This document shows, piece by piece, positions 11,085-22,350 of a stretch of 64,000 nt of DNA. The first letter of the stretch is position 1. Each line of letters starts with the position of its first letter. Position numbers and translations under genes: made by a program. Under the pieces are notes generated by a model, which worked only from the letters and a program-made list of their open reading frames with translations, did no database searches and was not told the DNA's origin. The DNA comes from Isurus oxyrinchus (Eukaryota). Location: contig JANJGN010000016.1 of assembly GCA_026770705.1 (NCBI GenBank), positions 112,158,001 to 112,222,000 of the forward strand, given 5' to 3'.

Positions 11085-12319
11085 ACAATGGAACTATCAT
11101 AAAAGTGTGCACTTTATTAAATAAATGTGTTTTTATTGTGAGTTAGTGGACTTACCCCTCCCTGACCTATGAATCTTAGTATGCTGCCTTTCCAAAGGTC
11201 TGCACCTCTACACACTCCCTGGATAGGGAAAATAACAATAAAGGATGGCTGAGCCCAAAAATGACCGTAACTGCTCTTGAGAAAGCAATGGTAAGCTGCC
11301 TTCTTGAACCGCCACAGTCCATGTGGTCCAGCTACACCCATTTTGCTAATAGGGAAGGAGTTCCAGGATGTTGATATAGCAACAGTGAAAGAACAGTATA
11401 TGGTTCTAAGTCGGGATGGTCTATGACTTGGAAAACTTGGAGGTTGTAGTGTTCCCAAGCATGTGTTGTCCTAGTTTTTCCAGGTGGTAGAGGTCATGGG
11501 TTTGGAAGGTGCTGTCGAAGGAGGCCTGGCAAGTTCCTGCAGTACATCTTGTGGAAGGTATACACTGCTGCCAATGTGCGCCAGTGGTGGAGAGTGAATG
11601 TTTAAGGTGGTGGATGGGGTGCCAATCAAGCTTTGTTCTGGATGGTGTTGAGCTTCTTCAGTGTTTCTGGAGCTGCACTCATGCAGGCAAGTGGAAGTAT
11701 TTCATCACACTCCTGACTTGTACCTTGTAGCTGGTGGACAGGCTTTGGGAAGTCAGGGGCTGAGGTACTACCACAGAATTCCCAGCCTCTGACCAGTTCT
11801 TGTAGCCACAGTATTTATATGGCTGGTCCAGTTAAGTTTCTGGTCAATAATGGTAATGCCATTGAATGTCAAGGAGAGATGGTTAGATTCTCTCATTGCA
11901 GATGATCAATATCTGGTACTTGTGTGGCACGGATGTTACTTGCTCCTTATCAACCTAAGTCTGAGTTACCAAGTCTTGCTTCTTGTGGGTACAGACTGCT
12001 TCATTATTTGAGGAGTTGCAAATGGTACTGAACATTGTGCAATCATCAGTGAACATCCTTCTGACCTTTTGATGGAGGGAATGTCATTGATGAAGCAGCT
12101 GAAGATGATATAGCCAAAGGCACTAGCCTGAGGAATTCCTGCGGCAATATCCTGGTGATTGACCTCCAAAAACCACAATCATCTTCCTTTGTGCTAGGTA
12201 TGGCTCCAATCACTGAAGAGATTGATTCTCAATTTTGATAAGGCTCTTTGATGCCACACTTGGTCAAATTCTGCCTTGTTATTAATGGCAATCATTCTCA
12301 CCTCCCTACTGGAATTCAA

Positions 12320-13185
12320 CAACTACTTATACTTCTATAGCACTTTTAACATAATGAAACGTCCATTCATAGGAATATTATAAAACAAAGTATGACACTC
12401 AGCTGCATAAGGAGATTTTAGGTCAGGTGGCCAAAAGCTTGGTTAAAGCAGTAAGTTTTAAGAAGTGTTCTAAATGAGGTAAAGGGAGCAAATTCCAGAG
12501 GTTGAGGCCTAGGCAACTTAAGGTACAGCCACCCATGGTGGAGCAATTATAATTGGGAATGCGTGAGAGGCAAGAATTAAATGAGGGCAGATACCTCGGA
12601 GGGTATGGGGTTGGGGAAGGTTACAGAGATAGGAGAAAGGCCATGAAGAGATTTGAAAACAAGAATGATAATTTGAAAAATAAGACGTTGCTTGACCTGG
12701 AGCCAGTGCAGTTTACCAAGGATAGGGGTGATAGGGGGACAGGACATGCTGCAAGTTAAGACATGGGCAGCAGAGCTTTGGATGACCTCAAGTTTGCAAA
12801 AGATAGAATGTGGGAGACCAGCCTGGAGTTTATTGGAATTCGATTCTAGAGGTAATGAAGGCACGAGTGAAGGTTTCAGAGCGAAGAGAGGGGTGAAGTT
12901 GAGTGTTGTTATGAAGGTGGAAATAGCGCATCCTAAAGATGGCAATTGAGGTCAGAAGCTGGTCTCAGGATCAAGTGTGACATCAAGGCTGGGAACAGAC
13001 TGGCTTAACTTCAGACAGTTGCCAGGGAGAAGGATGGAGTCAGTTGTTAGGGAATGGAGTTCGGCGCAGAGAGCAAAAGCAATGGTTTCAGAATTCCCAG
13101 TGTTTAATTGGAGGAAACTTTTGCTCATCCAGTTCTGGAAGTCAGATAAACAGTTTGATATTTAGCAACAGTGGAGGAGTCAGTT
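12320..13185 (-). mobile_element. L2-like LINE 3' fragment nested in the LINE above
   Basis: ITPILGKLHWLQVKQRLIFQIIILVFKSLHGLSP, the typical L2 ORF2 C-terminus. Confidence 0.8.
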
Positions 13186-13789
13186 AGCTCATTTGTTCAT
13201 GTTTGGACAAAGGCTGCAATGAGGTCAGGATCCAAGTGGTCCTGGTGGAACCCAAACTGAACACCGATGAGCTGGTTATTGATGACTAAGTGTCAGTTGA
13301 TACACTTTTTTGACACTTTCCATCACTTTTTGGATGTTTGATAGTAGACTGATAGGCCAGTTATTGGCCAGATTAGATTTATCCTGCTTTTTGTGGACTG
13401 GACATTATGGGCAATTTTACATTTTGTTGGGTACATGCCAGTGATATTGCTGTACTGGAGCAGCTTGTCTAGAGAGACGGTAAGTTCTGGAACACAAGTT
13501 TTCATCACCCTAGCCAAATGTTGTCAGGATCTCGTGCCTTAAGTCAATTCTTGATATCAGGTGGATTGAATAGAATTGGTTGAAGGCTAGCATATGTGAA
13601 GCTGGGGACCTCAGGCGAAGGTCAAAATGGATCATCCACTGACCACTTTGGGCTGAAGACGGTTACAGATTCTTTAGCCTTGTCTTTTGTGCTGATGTGC
13701 TGGGCTCTGCCACTGGTGAAGACGGAGATATTGTGAAGCTTCGTTCGCCATTAGTTGTTTAATTGTCCACTAATATTCGCGACCAGATT

Positions 13790-15232
13790 TTAAAAAAATT
13801 CATTTATGGAATGTGGGTGTCGCTGGCAATCCCTAATTTCCCTTGAGAAGGTGGTGGTGAGCTGCCTTTTTGAAATGCTGCAGTCCATGTGGTGTAGGTA
13901 CACCCACAGTGCTGTTAGGGAGCCATTTCCAGGATTTTTATCCAGTGGCAGTGAAGGAACGGCGATATATTTCCAAGCCAGGATGGTGAGTGACTTGAAG
14001 GGAAACCTCCAGGTGATGTTGTTTCCATGTGTCTGCTGCCCATGTCTTTCTTGATGGTAGCGATCATGGGTTTGGAATGTTCTGTCTAGGGAGCCTTGGT
14101 GAATTCCTGCAATGCATCTTGAAGATGGTACACACTGCTGCCACTGTGCATCGGTGGTGGAGGGAGTGAATGTGGATGTGGTGCCAATCAAGCGGCCTGC
14201 TTTGTCCTGGATGGTGTCAAGCTTTGAGTGTTGAGGCAAGTGGAGAGTATTCCATCACACTCCTGATTTGTGCCTTGTGGGCAGGCTTTGGGGAGTCAGG
14301 AGGTGAGTTACCACAGGATTCCTAGCCTCCGACCTGTTCATGTAGCCAGTGTATTTATATGGCTAGTTTAGTTCAGTTTCTGGACAATAATAACATCCAG
14401 GATATTGATAGTGGGGGATTTAGCAATGGTAATGCCATTGAATGTCAAACAGCGATGTTAGATTCTCTCTTGTTGGAGATGGCTATTGCCTGGCACTTGT
14501 GTGGCGTGGATGTTACTTACCAATTGTCAGTCCAAGCCTGGATATTGACCAGGTCTTGCTGCATTTGGACATGGACTGATTCAGTACCTGAGGAGTTGTG
14601 AATGGTGCTGAACATTGTGCAATCATCAGCGCACATTCCCACTTCTGATCTTATGATGGAAGGAAGATCATTGATGAAGCAGCTGAAGATGGTTGGGTCT
14701 AGGACACTACCTTGAGGAATTCCTGCAGTGATGTCCTGGAGCTGAGATGACTGACCTCCAACAACCACAACCATCTTCCTTTGTGCTGTGTATGACTCCA
14801 ACCAGCAGAGAGTTTTCCCCTGATTCCCACTGACTCCAGTTTTGCTAGGGCTCCTTGTTGCCATACTCGGTCAAATGCTGCCTTGATGTCATGGGCAGTC
14901 ACTCTCACCTCACTTCAGGAGCTCAGCTCTTTTGTCCATGTTTAACCAAGACTGTAATGAGGTCAGGAGCTGAGTGGCCCTGGTGGAACCCAAAGACTGC
15001 CAGTGAACAGGTTATTGCTAAGTAAGTGTCCCTTGATAGCACTGTTGATGACCCCTTCCATTACTTTACTGATGATGGAGAGCAGACTGATGAGGCAGTA
15101 ATTGGCTAGGTTGGATTTGTCCTGCTTTTTATATACAAGATGTACCTGGGCAATTTTTTCACATTTCTGAATAGATGCCAGTGTTAAAGTTGTACTGGAG
15201 CAGCTTGGCTAGGGGTGGAGCACAATTTTTCA
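13790..15232 (-). mobile_element. Second copy of the CR1/L2-group LINE (3' 1.4 kb)
   Basis: DIKAAFDRVW, GIPQGSVLDPTIFSCFINDLP and MCADDCT RT motifs. Confidence 0.8.
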
Positions 15233-16354
15233 AGTGACTCGCAGCAAACTCTCTTTAGGGTTAAATTAGAAATAAAGTTTATACACATTCACACCCAGAG
15301 AATGGTCAAAACCTCATACACACATATAAGCACATAATAAGAAGATAGGAAAGAGGAGTTTTTGCAACTATGAATAACTTAAAGAAAAAGCACCACAGAT
15401 GTGGATATCAGTTCATGTGATTGCCCGAGTGCGGAAAGTCAGAATCCAGTGAGGGTTCCTTCATGGAGGAACTACAGTTCAGCTGGCTGAAGTAGGGTTT
15501 TTGCAGAATTCCTTTAAAATTGATGGTGGCGTAGTGAGACGAGGTTGTTAGTAGAGAGAATTGATCTGCTCGGCAGGCGACAGCAGGAATCCTCCAGAGA
15601 AACAGGCTCCAAGGAGGCTCAGACTTGATGCAGGTTCGTGGTCAGCCTAGAGTTCTGCTTTGATGTTTGCAGGCTGGAGTTTAAACAGCAGACTGAGCTG
15701 TGAGTCTGGAAAGGTAATGTTAAACCTTTACAAAGGCCAGATGCTTAGGTCATATGACGTTGCCCATTAATGAGTCAGTTGCAGGCTAACAAGCAATTTC
15801 TATGCCTCTAGTCAAAATCCATCATTCACCTTAGGAGATAATAGCATAATAAGCCATAAAACCATAGGATGTAGGAACAGAAGTAGGCCATTCAGCCCAT
15901 TGAGTCTGTTCCGCCATTCAGTGAGATCATGGTTGATCTGATAACCCTCAACTCCACTTTCCTGACTTTTCCCCATAACCCTTGATGCCATTACTGATAA
16001 AAAAAAATCTATCTATAAACGGTGGCTTTTAGCACCTCTGCAGGGTATAACAAGTTCCAATGGCTTCCCCTTTGTTTTAGGACCAGGCTGTGGAGATGAA
16101 TTGTCCGTTGGTCCCTGGTTTCATTGTTTGTAAAGTGTTCTCACAGTGAGAGGTGTGAGATTCCACAAGGATGCGGTTTGAGCTTTTGTCCTGTCATTGT
16201 TATTGAAAATTTCCAGAAACTGTAGCCAACTTGCGAATCATGTGATATGTAGTAGCCATCTTTTGGTTCAGCAAAGTCCACTTCTTAACTAAGCAAAAAG
16301 ATAAGGTTTGATTTAAACTGTTTATGATCTCTTCATTCTGTTAGAGGCATGACA
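15233..16354. mobile_element. Unclassified ~1.1-kb insertion, possibly a solo LTR, containing a CR1 tail at ~15855-16010
   Basis: Non-LINE sequence between LINE segments; ends ...GCATGACA (TGTCATG on the minus strand); no TSD confirmed. Confidence 0.35.
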
Positions 16355-16584
16355 GAGTGCTGCTTCTGCTGTTTAGCATGCACAGAGCTTGTGTTGTAGC
16401 TTCACCTGGTTGGAACCTCAGTTTTAGGTAAGCCAGATGCTGCTCCTGGCATGCTCTTCTGCACTCTTCATTAAATCCGGGTTGGTCCCCTGGCTTAGTG
16501 GTAAGGGAAGAATGAAAGATATCCTGGACAATGTGGTTACAGATTTGCAGGTGGGTGGGGGGTGGAGGGGGGTGGTGGTGGTGG

Positions 16585-16790
16585 TGGTGGTCAGTTCAGT
16601 TGGCTAGTGTGATGCAGAATGAAGCAACAGCATGGATTCAATCCCCATGCCAGCTGTGGTAGCTCATGGAGGCCTGCCTCCTCACCTTGCCCCCTGCTTG
16701 CAGAATGGTGCCTCTCAAGCTATACATAACCAATTGTCTCTTCTAATGGGGAGAGATACATATAGTCCTTTATGGGTTATGGCTAATTAC
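16585..16790 (+). mobile_element. tRNA-derived SINE
   Basis: A-box-like 'tcagttcagttgg' and B-box-like 'ggattcaatccc'; interrupts LINE sequence. Confidence 0.5.
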
Positions 16791-18031
16791 AAGGTTACAG
16801 ATTGTAGTTAAATAAATTCTGCTGTTGTTGATGGCCCACAGCATCACATGGTTGCCCATTTTTGAGCTGCTAGATCTGTTCTGAATCTATCCTATTTAGT
16901 ATGGTGGTAATACCACACAGCACTGCCCTCAGTGTAAAAATGGGACTTCATCTACACAAGGACTGTATTGGTCACTCCTACCAATACTGTCATCGACAGT
17001 GTATCTGTGACAGCTACATTGGTGAGGATGAGGTCCAAAAGGTTTTTCATATGAATATACATATGAATTAGGAGCAAATGATTCCCTCACCATTTGCCAC
17101 AGGCCCAGTCTGATAGATGCATCCTTCAGAACTCAACCAGCTCAGTCAGAAGTGGTGCTTCCCAGCCACTCTTGGTGATGGATATTGAAGTCTCCCACCC
17201 AGAGTACATTCTGCACCCTTACTACCCTCAGTGCTTCTTACGAGTGGTGTTCAATATGGAGGAGCACTGATTGATCAACTGAGGGAAGACAGTAGGTGTA
17301 ATCACCAGAAGGTTTCCTTGCCCATGTTTGATCTGATGTTATGAGACTTCATAGGGCCTGGAGTCAATGTTGAGGACTCGCGGCGCCACTTGCCTCTGAT
17401 TGTATACCACAATTCCACCATCTCTGCTGGGTCTTTCCTGCCTGTGAGGCAGACTTATCCAAGGATGGTGATGGGGAGGAGTTTGGAACATTAGCTATAA
17501 GTTTTGATTAGGTGAGTATGACTATGTCAGGCTGTTTCTTGACTCATCTGTGTCCCAGTTTTGGCATGAGTCTGCAGTTAGTGAGGAGAGCTTGTCAAAA
17601 GGGAAGGGTGTGTCTTTGTTGTTTCCTGTGTTTAGGCCAATGTGGGGTGGTTAATTCAGCTTTATTCTTACTAAATTTTTCTGTAGCAGTATGATTCTTA
17701 CTGAGTGGTTTGCTAGGCCATTTTGGAGGGTAGTTAAAAGACAACCACATTGCCTGTGGGTCTGGAGTCACATGTAAGCCAGACTGGGTAAGGACATTAG
17801 TTTTGTGAACTAGATAAGTTTTTACAACAATCTGGTAGTTTCATGATCATTGTAACTGATAGTAGCTTTCTGTTCTAGATTTTTAATTAATTAATTGAAT
17901 TTAAATTTCCCACCTGCCATGGTTTGAATTGAACTCATGTCTCCAGGCCTTTGGCTCAGACCTCTGGATCACTAGTCCACGAACATAACCGCCATCCTGT
18001 CCAGCATAGCCGACCTAAGGACCTAGGCATC

Positions 18032-18392
18032 ATCTATGGCTCAGTGGGTAACATTGTCAGAATTTTGCGTGATCAAGTCTCACACCAAAAACTTGAGCAT
18101 TTAAGCCATGAGGTGCCATTTTCACTTGCCCTTGAAAATGGATGTAAACGATCCCATGCCACTATTTGAACAAGAGCTGTAAGTTCTCCTAGCATATTGA
18201 CCAATATTTATTTTCCAGCCAACATCACAAACAGGTTTTCTGGTCGTTAGTTGTTGTACTTGGGATCTATCTGTGTGCAAAGTGGCTACCATATTTCCTA
18301 TTATAACGGTGACTACACCTGTACTTAATTGACTGCAAAATATTTTGGGATAACGTGTGGCCATGAAAGGCACTATATAAATGTTTTTCTAA
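18032..18392 (+). mobile_element. Deu-domain SINE (SacSINE/AmnSINE-like)
   Basis: tggctcagtggg head, Deu-like core 'ccaatatttat...tgggatctatctgtgtgcaaagtggct', L2-type tail 'cactatataaatg'. Confidence 0.7.
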
Positions 18393-18569
18393 TACTACTT
18401 CCTGTGACGGGCCTTGGTGCATCAACATTTATATCAGGCCTGTGCTTCTGTGTTTATAGAATATTTGCTTGTGCAGCTGAGGGCATAGAGCTGCTCTTGC
18501 TGACATTAAGGCTCTCCAGCTAATGTTGGATTGTGTCACTTCTGGATCACCCAATGAACACCAGGAAGA

Positions 18570-18980
18570 ATAAGAATTTGTATTTACATAGCATCTTTCA
18601 CATCCTCAGGATACCCCAAAGTGCTTCACTGCCAATTAACTACTTTTGATGTGCAGTCACTGTTAGTGGAGATAATATGGCAGTCAATTTATACACAGCA
18701 AGATCCCACAAACAGCAAAGAAATCGGCAGTCAATCTACAATTTGGAATGGTCTTGATTGAAGGATAAATATGCCCAGGACACTGGGAGAATTGACTCTC
18801 CTGCTAATCTTTTAAAAGATCTTATATGTTGAGCTGAAAAGAGAGAAAAGCCTCTGTCTAGCGTTGCTTCCAAAAGACAGATTTATGTGCAAGCAGGTGG
18901 GCTTAAAAGAAGTACCTAAATTCCTCCTTAATGATTGCCTGCGTAATGGACTGGAACTATTAACACTTCTTAGATGTTAT
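18570..18980 (-). mobile_element. Deu-domain SINE, inverted relative to the previous copy
   Basis: 'cagcaagatcccacaaacagcaa' and 'ccaggacactgggagaa' are the reverse complement of the Deu core. Confidence 0.65.
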
Positions 18981-19034
18981 AAAGCCTCCATTTCAGCAGT
19001 GAAAGAATTAACATGCAATGTTCAAGTCATATCA

Positions 19035-19160
19035 AGGTCTGAAAAATGTGTCAGAAGGACTCGAAACGTTAACTCTGTTTCCCTCTCCACAGATGCTGCC
19101 AGACTTGCTGAGCTTCCCAGCATTTTCTGTTTTTATTTCAGATTTCCAGCATCTGCAAGC
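19035..19160 (+). mobile_element. Short Penelope-like terminal fragment with a degenerate hammerhead
   Basis: 'gactcgaaacgttaact...gatgctgccagacttgctgag...gatttccagcatctgca' matches 52686-52785. Confidence 0.7.
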
Positions 19161-19927
19161 CATATCTATGGTTTGTACAACTGTGATCCCCATGACAGAC
19201 TGGCATGCAAACAAATAGTCATCCATTACATCACTTGTGTGGGAGAAAACACCCTTGATCCAGCTGCTAGATTTGCGATGACTTAGCGTCAATTGTCCTA
19301 CTTCAAGGGACAGTTCACTGCTTGATACGATCTGTCGTACCAGTTTAATTTTCAAGCCAGAGCCATTGAGGTGATTGTGCCAGATTTGGGCACCATAATG
19401 TGTCCTGTTATAAAGTATATCTATATTGTTAGCTTCTTCTATCTTAAATTCTGACTAGGTCAAATATGTCAGTTTTTAACGTGGTTTTGTCAGTTGCACT
19501 CTGGAGGTGTTTCTTTTTTCTTTGAATTGATGTGGAAGGGAGTAAAGAAAATTCTACTTTTTGCCCCAGTAGGTTTTGAACGATAGATATCAAAATATTG
19601 CATTGCTTGAAGCTGAGATAGCCAGGACCACACATGGCCACTGATCTCTGGCACCTGGCCCTGAACACTCAGAGAACTCAGCCCAATTTGATTTAATGTT
19701 TATTTACTCATCTGCCCAATTAGAGTTTTGAGTGGCAGAAGGCTGCCTTTAACCTCTTGTTATCAGAACTCCAAGGTCAACTGGAATTAGCAACTTGAGA
19801 TATACGGTTTACAAAGAAAAATCTTGCACACCTTTGCCATGAATAACAATGGTGACTTCCTTTGTAGATTCTGTCAGACAAATGTGAGTTTACATATGTA
19901 GTCATCGCAAATGAATGAAGTTTGATC

Positions 19928-20875
19928 AAAGCAAAATACCGCGGATGCTAGAAATCTGAAACAAAAACTAAAATAGCTGGAAAAACTCAGCAGGTCTGAC
20001 AGCAGCTGCGGAGAGGAACACAGTTGACGTTTCGAGTCTGTATGACTCTTCATCAGAACTAAGGAAATAGAGAAATGAGGTGAAATATAAGCTGGTTGAG
20101 GGGGTGGGACAGGTAGAGCTGGATAGAGGGCCAGTGATAGGTGGAGGCAAAGAAGAGATTGCCGAAGATGTCAGAGACAAAAGGACAAAGGGGTGTTGAC
20201 AGTGGTGATTTTAGCTAAGGAATGTGCTAATGGTGACATTAAGGGTAGCAAGCAGGACAAACAAGTGGCAGATGGCCCTAGTGGGGGTGTGGGGGTGGGG
20301 TGGGGGGAAGGGATAGAAATGGGCTAAAAGATGGAGATGAAACAATAGATGGCAATAAATTTAAAAATAGGTGGGAAAAAAATATATTTTTTAAAATTAT
20401 AAATTATTGGAAAAAGGGGGATCAGAAAGGGGGTGGGGTTTGGAGGAGAGAGTTCATGATCTGAAATTGTTGAACTCAATATTCAGTCCGGAAGGCTGTG
20501 AAGTGCCTAGTCGGAAGATGAGGTGCTGTTCCTCCAGTTTGCGTTGAGCTTCACTGGAACATTGCAGCAGGCCAAGGATGGACATGTGGGCATGAGAGCA
20601 GGGTGGAGTGTTGAAATGGCAAGCGACAGGGAGGTCTGGGTCAAGCTTGCGGACAGACCGAAGGTGTTCCGCAAAGCGGTCACCCAGTCTGCGTTTGGTG
20701 TCTCCAGTGTAGAGGAGACCGCATTGGGAGCAGTGAACGCAGTAGACTAAATTGAGGGAAGTGCAAGTGAAATGCTGCTTCACTTGAAAGGAATGTTTGG
20801 GCCCTTGGACGGTGAGGAGAGGGGAAGTAAAGGGGCAGGTATTGCACCTTCTGCAGTTGCATGGGCAGGTGCCGT
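19928..20875 (-). mobile_element. Penelope-like element 3' end (GIY-YIG endonuclease region and tail)
   Basis: NLVYCVHCSQCGLLYTGDTKRRLGDRFAEH...GLNIEFNNFRS. Confidence 0.9.
20022..20060 (-). ncRNA. Minimal type I hammerhead ribozyme with a canonical core
   Basis: AGTT-CTGATGA-A-GAGTC-ataca-GACTC-GAAAC-GTC-AACT: stem I AGTT/AACT, 5-bp stem II, GUC cleavage triplet. Confidence 0.8.
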
Positions 20876-22350
20876 GGTACGACTTGTTTCCACTTCTGTT
20901 CATGATTTTCATGGACAGGATATCAAGGCATAGCCAAGGTATGGGGAGTAAGGATGTCTTGCTGCAACTGTACAGGGCCTTGCTGAGACCACACCTGGAA
21001 TAGTGTGTGCTGCTTTGGTCTCCTAATCTGAGGAAAGATGTTCTTGCTATAGAGGGAGTGCAGCGAAGGTTTATCAGACTGATTCCTGGGATGGCGGTTC
21101 TGACATATGAGGAGAGATTGAGTCGGTTAGAATTATATTCGCTGGAGTTCAGAAGAATGAGGGGGCATCTCATAGAAACTTATAAAATTCTAACAGGACT
21201 AGACAGGGTAGATACAGGCAGGATGTTCCCAATGGTGGGGGAGCCCAGAACCAGGGGTCACAGTCTGAAGATACAGGGTAGACCATTTAGGACTGAGATG
21301 AGGAGAAATTTCTTCACCCAGAGAGTGGTGAGCCTGTGGAACTCGCTACCACAGAAAGTAGTTGAGGCCAAAACACTGTATGTTTTCAAGAAGGAGTTCG
21401 ATACATCTCTTGGGGTGAAAGGGATCAAAGGATATGGGGAGAAAGTAGGAGCAGGCTATTGAGTTGGATGATCAGCCATGATCATAATGAATGGCGTAGC
21501 AGGCTCGAAGGGTTGAATGGCCTTCTCCTGCTCCTAGTTTCTATGAGTATCCAGTTTGGGGACAGGAGGGTGGCATCTCTGCTGTTTGCAGATGATGTTG
21601 CGTTTCTTGCCTCATCTGGCTGTGATCTCCAGCATGCACTCAAACGTTTTGCTGTCCAATGTGACACGGCTGTGATGCGGACCAGCATCTCCAAACCTGA
21701 GGTCATGGTTCTCTCCCGGAAAAGAGTGGGTTGCTCTCTCCAGGTGAGGGGGGAACAGCTTCCCTTGGTGGAGGAGTCCAAGTATCTTGGGATCTTGTTC
21801 GCGAATGATAGCGAGGGAAGCCTGAGATTGATCGCAGTTCTGTAAGCGCTCTACCAGTCTGTGGTGGTGAAGCGGGAGCTGAGATTTAGGATGAAGCTCT
21901 CTGTTTACTGGTCGATCTATGTCCCCATCCTCACCTATGGTTATGAACTGTGGGTACAAGTGGCGGAAATGAGGTTTCTGCACAGGGTTGCTGGGCATAC
22001 TCTCTGGGACAGGGTGCAGAGTTCGGAAATCCGGAAGAGCCTTGGAGTAGAGTCACTGCTCCTCTGGATCGAGAGGCACCAGTTGAGGCGGTTTGGAATT
22101 CTGATAAGGATGCCCCTTGGTGGGCTCCTGCTGGAGCTGTACCAGGCATGGCCCATTGGGTGGAGACTTCGAGGCCGACCCAGAACACGCTGGAGGGGTT
22201 ACATCTCTCGGCGGGCCTGGGAACTCCTGGGAATCCCCCAGGAGGAGCTGGAATCTGTGGCTGAGGAAAGGGAAGCCTGGTTGGCCCTGCTCACCTTACT
22301 GCCACTGCAACCCTCACCAGGGGAAGCGGTGCGAAAATGGATGGATGGAT
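20876..22350 (+). mobile_element. RTE-clade (Rex3/Expander-like) LINE 3' part, split by a CR1 insertion
   Basis: LFPLLFMIFMDRISRHSQG | IQFGDRRVASLLFADDV...PILTYGYELW...RGRPRTRW; GGATGGATGGA tail. Confidence 0.85.
20940..21545 (+). mobile_element. CR1 LINE 3' end nested in the RTE
   Basis: LYRALLRPHLE, EGVQRRFIRLIPGM, RNFFTQRVVSLWNSLP. Confidence 0.9.

Larger units (their letters stand above)
11260..18010 (-). mobile_element. Long degenerate CR1/L2-group LINE that hosts nested insertions; tRNA-SINE-like head at ~17690-18010
   Basis: RT remnant AGIPQ...IFSCFINDIPS (11966-12178), further RT fragments at 13190-13790, endonuclease-like region at 16355-17500. Confidence 0.7.

Noticed and set aside
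16585-18100. A/B-box motifs as tRNA genes
   Set aside because: They are SINE heads; no complete cloverleaf is present.
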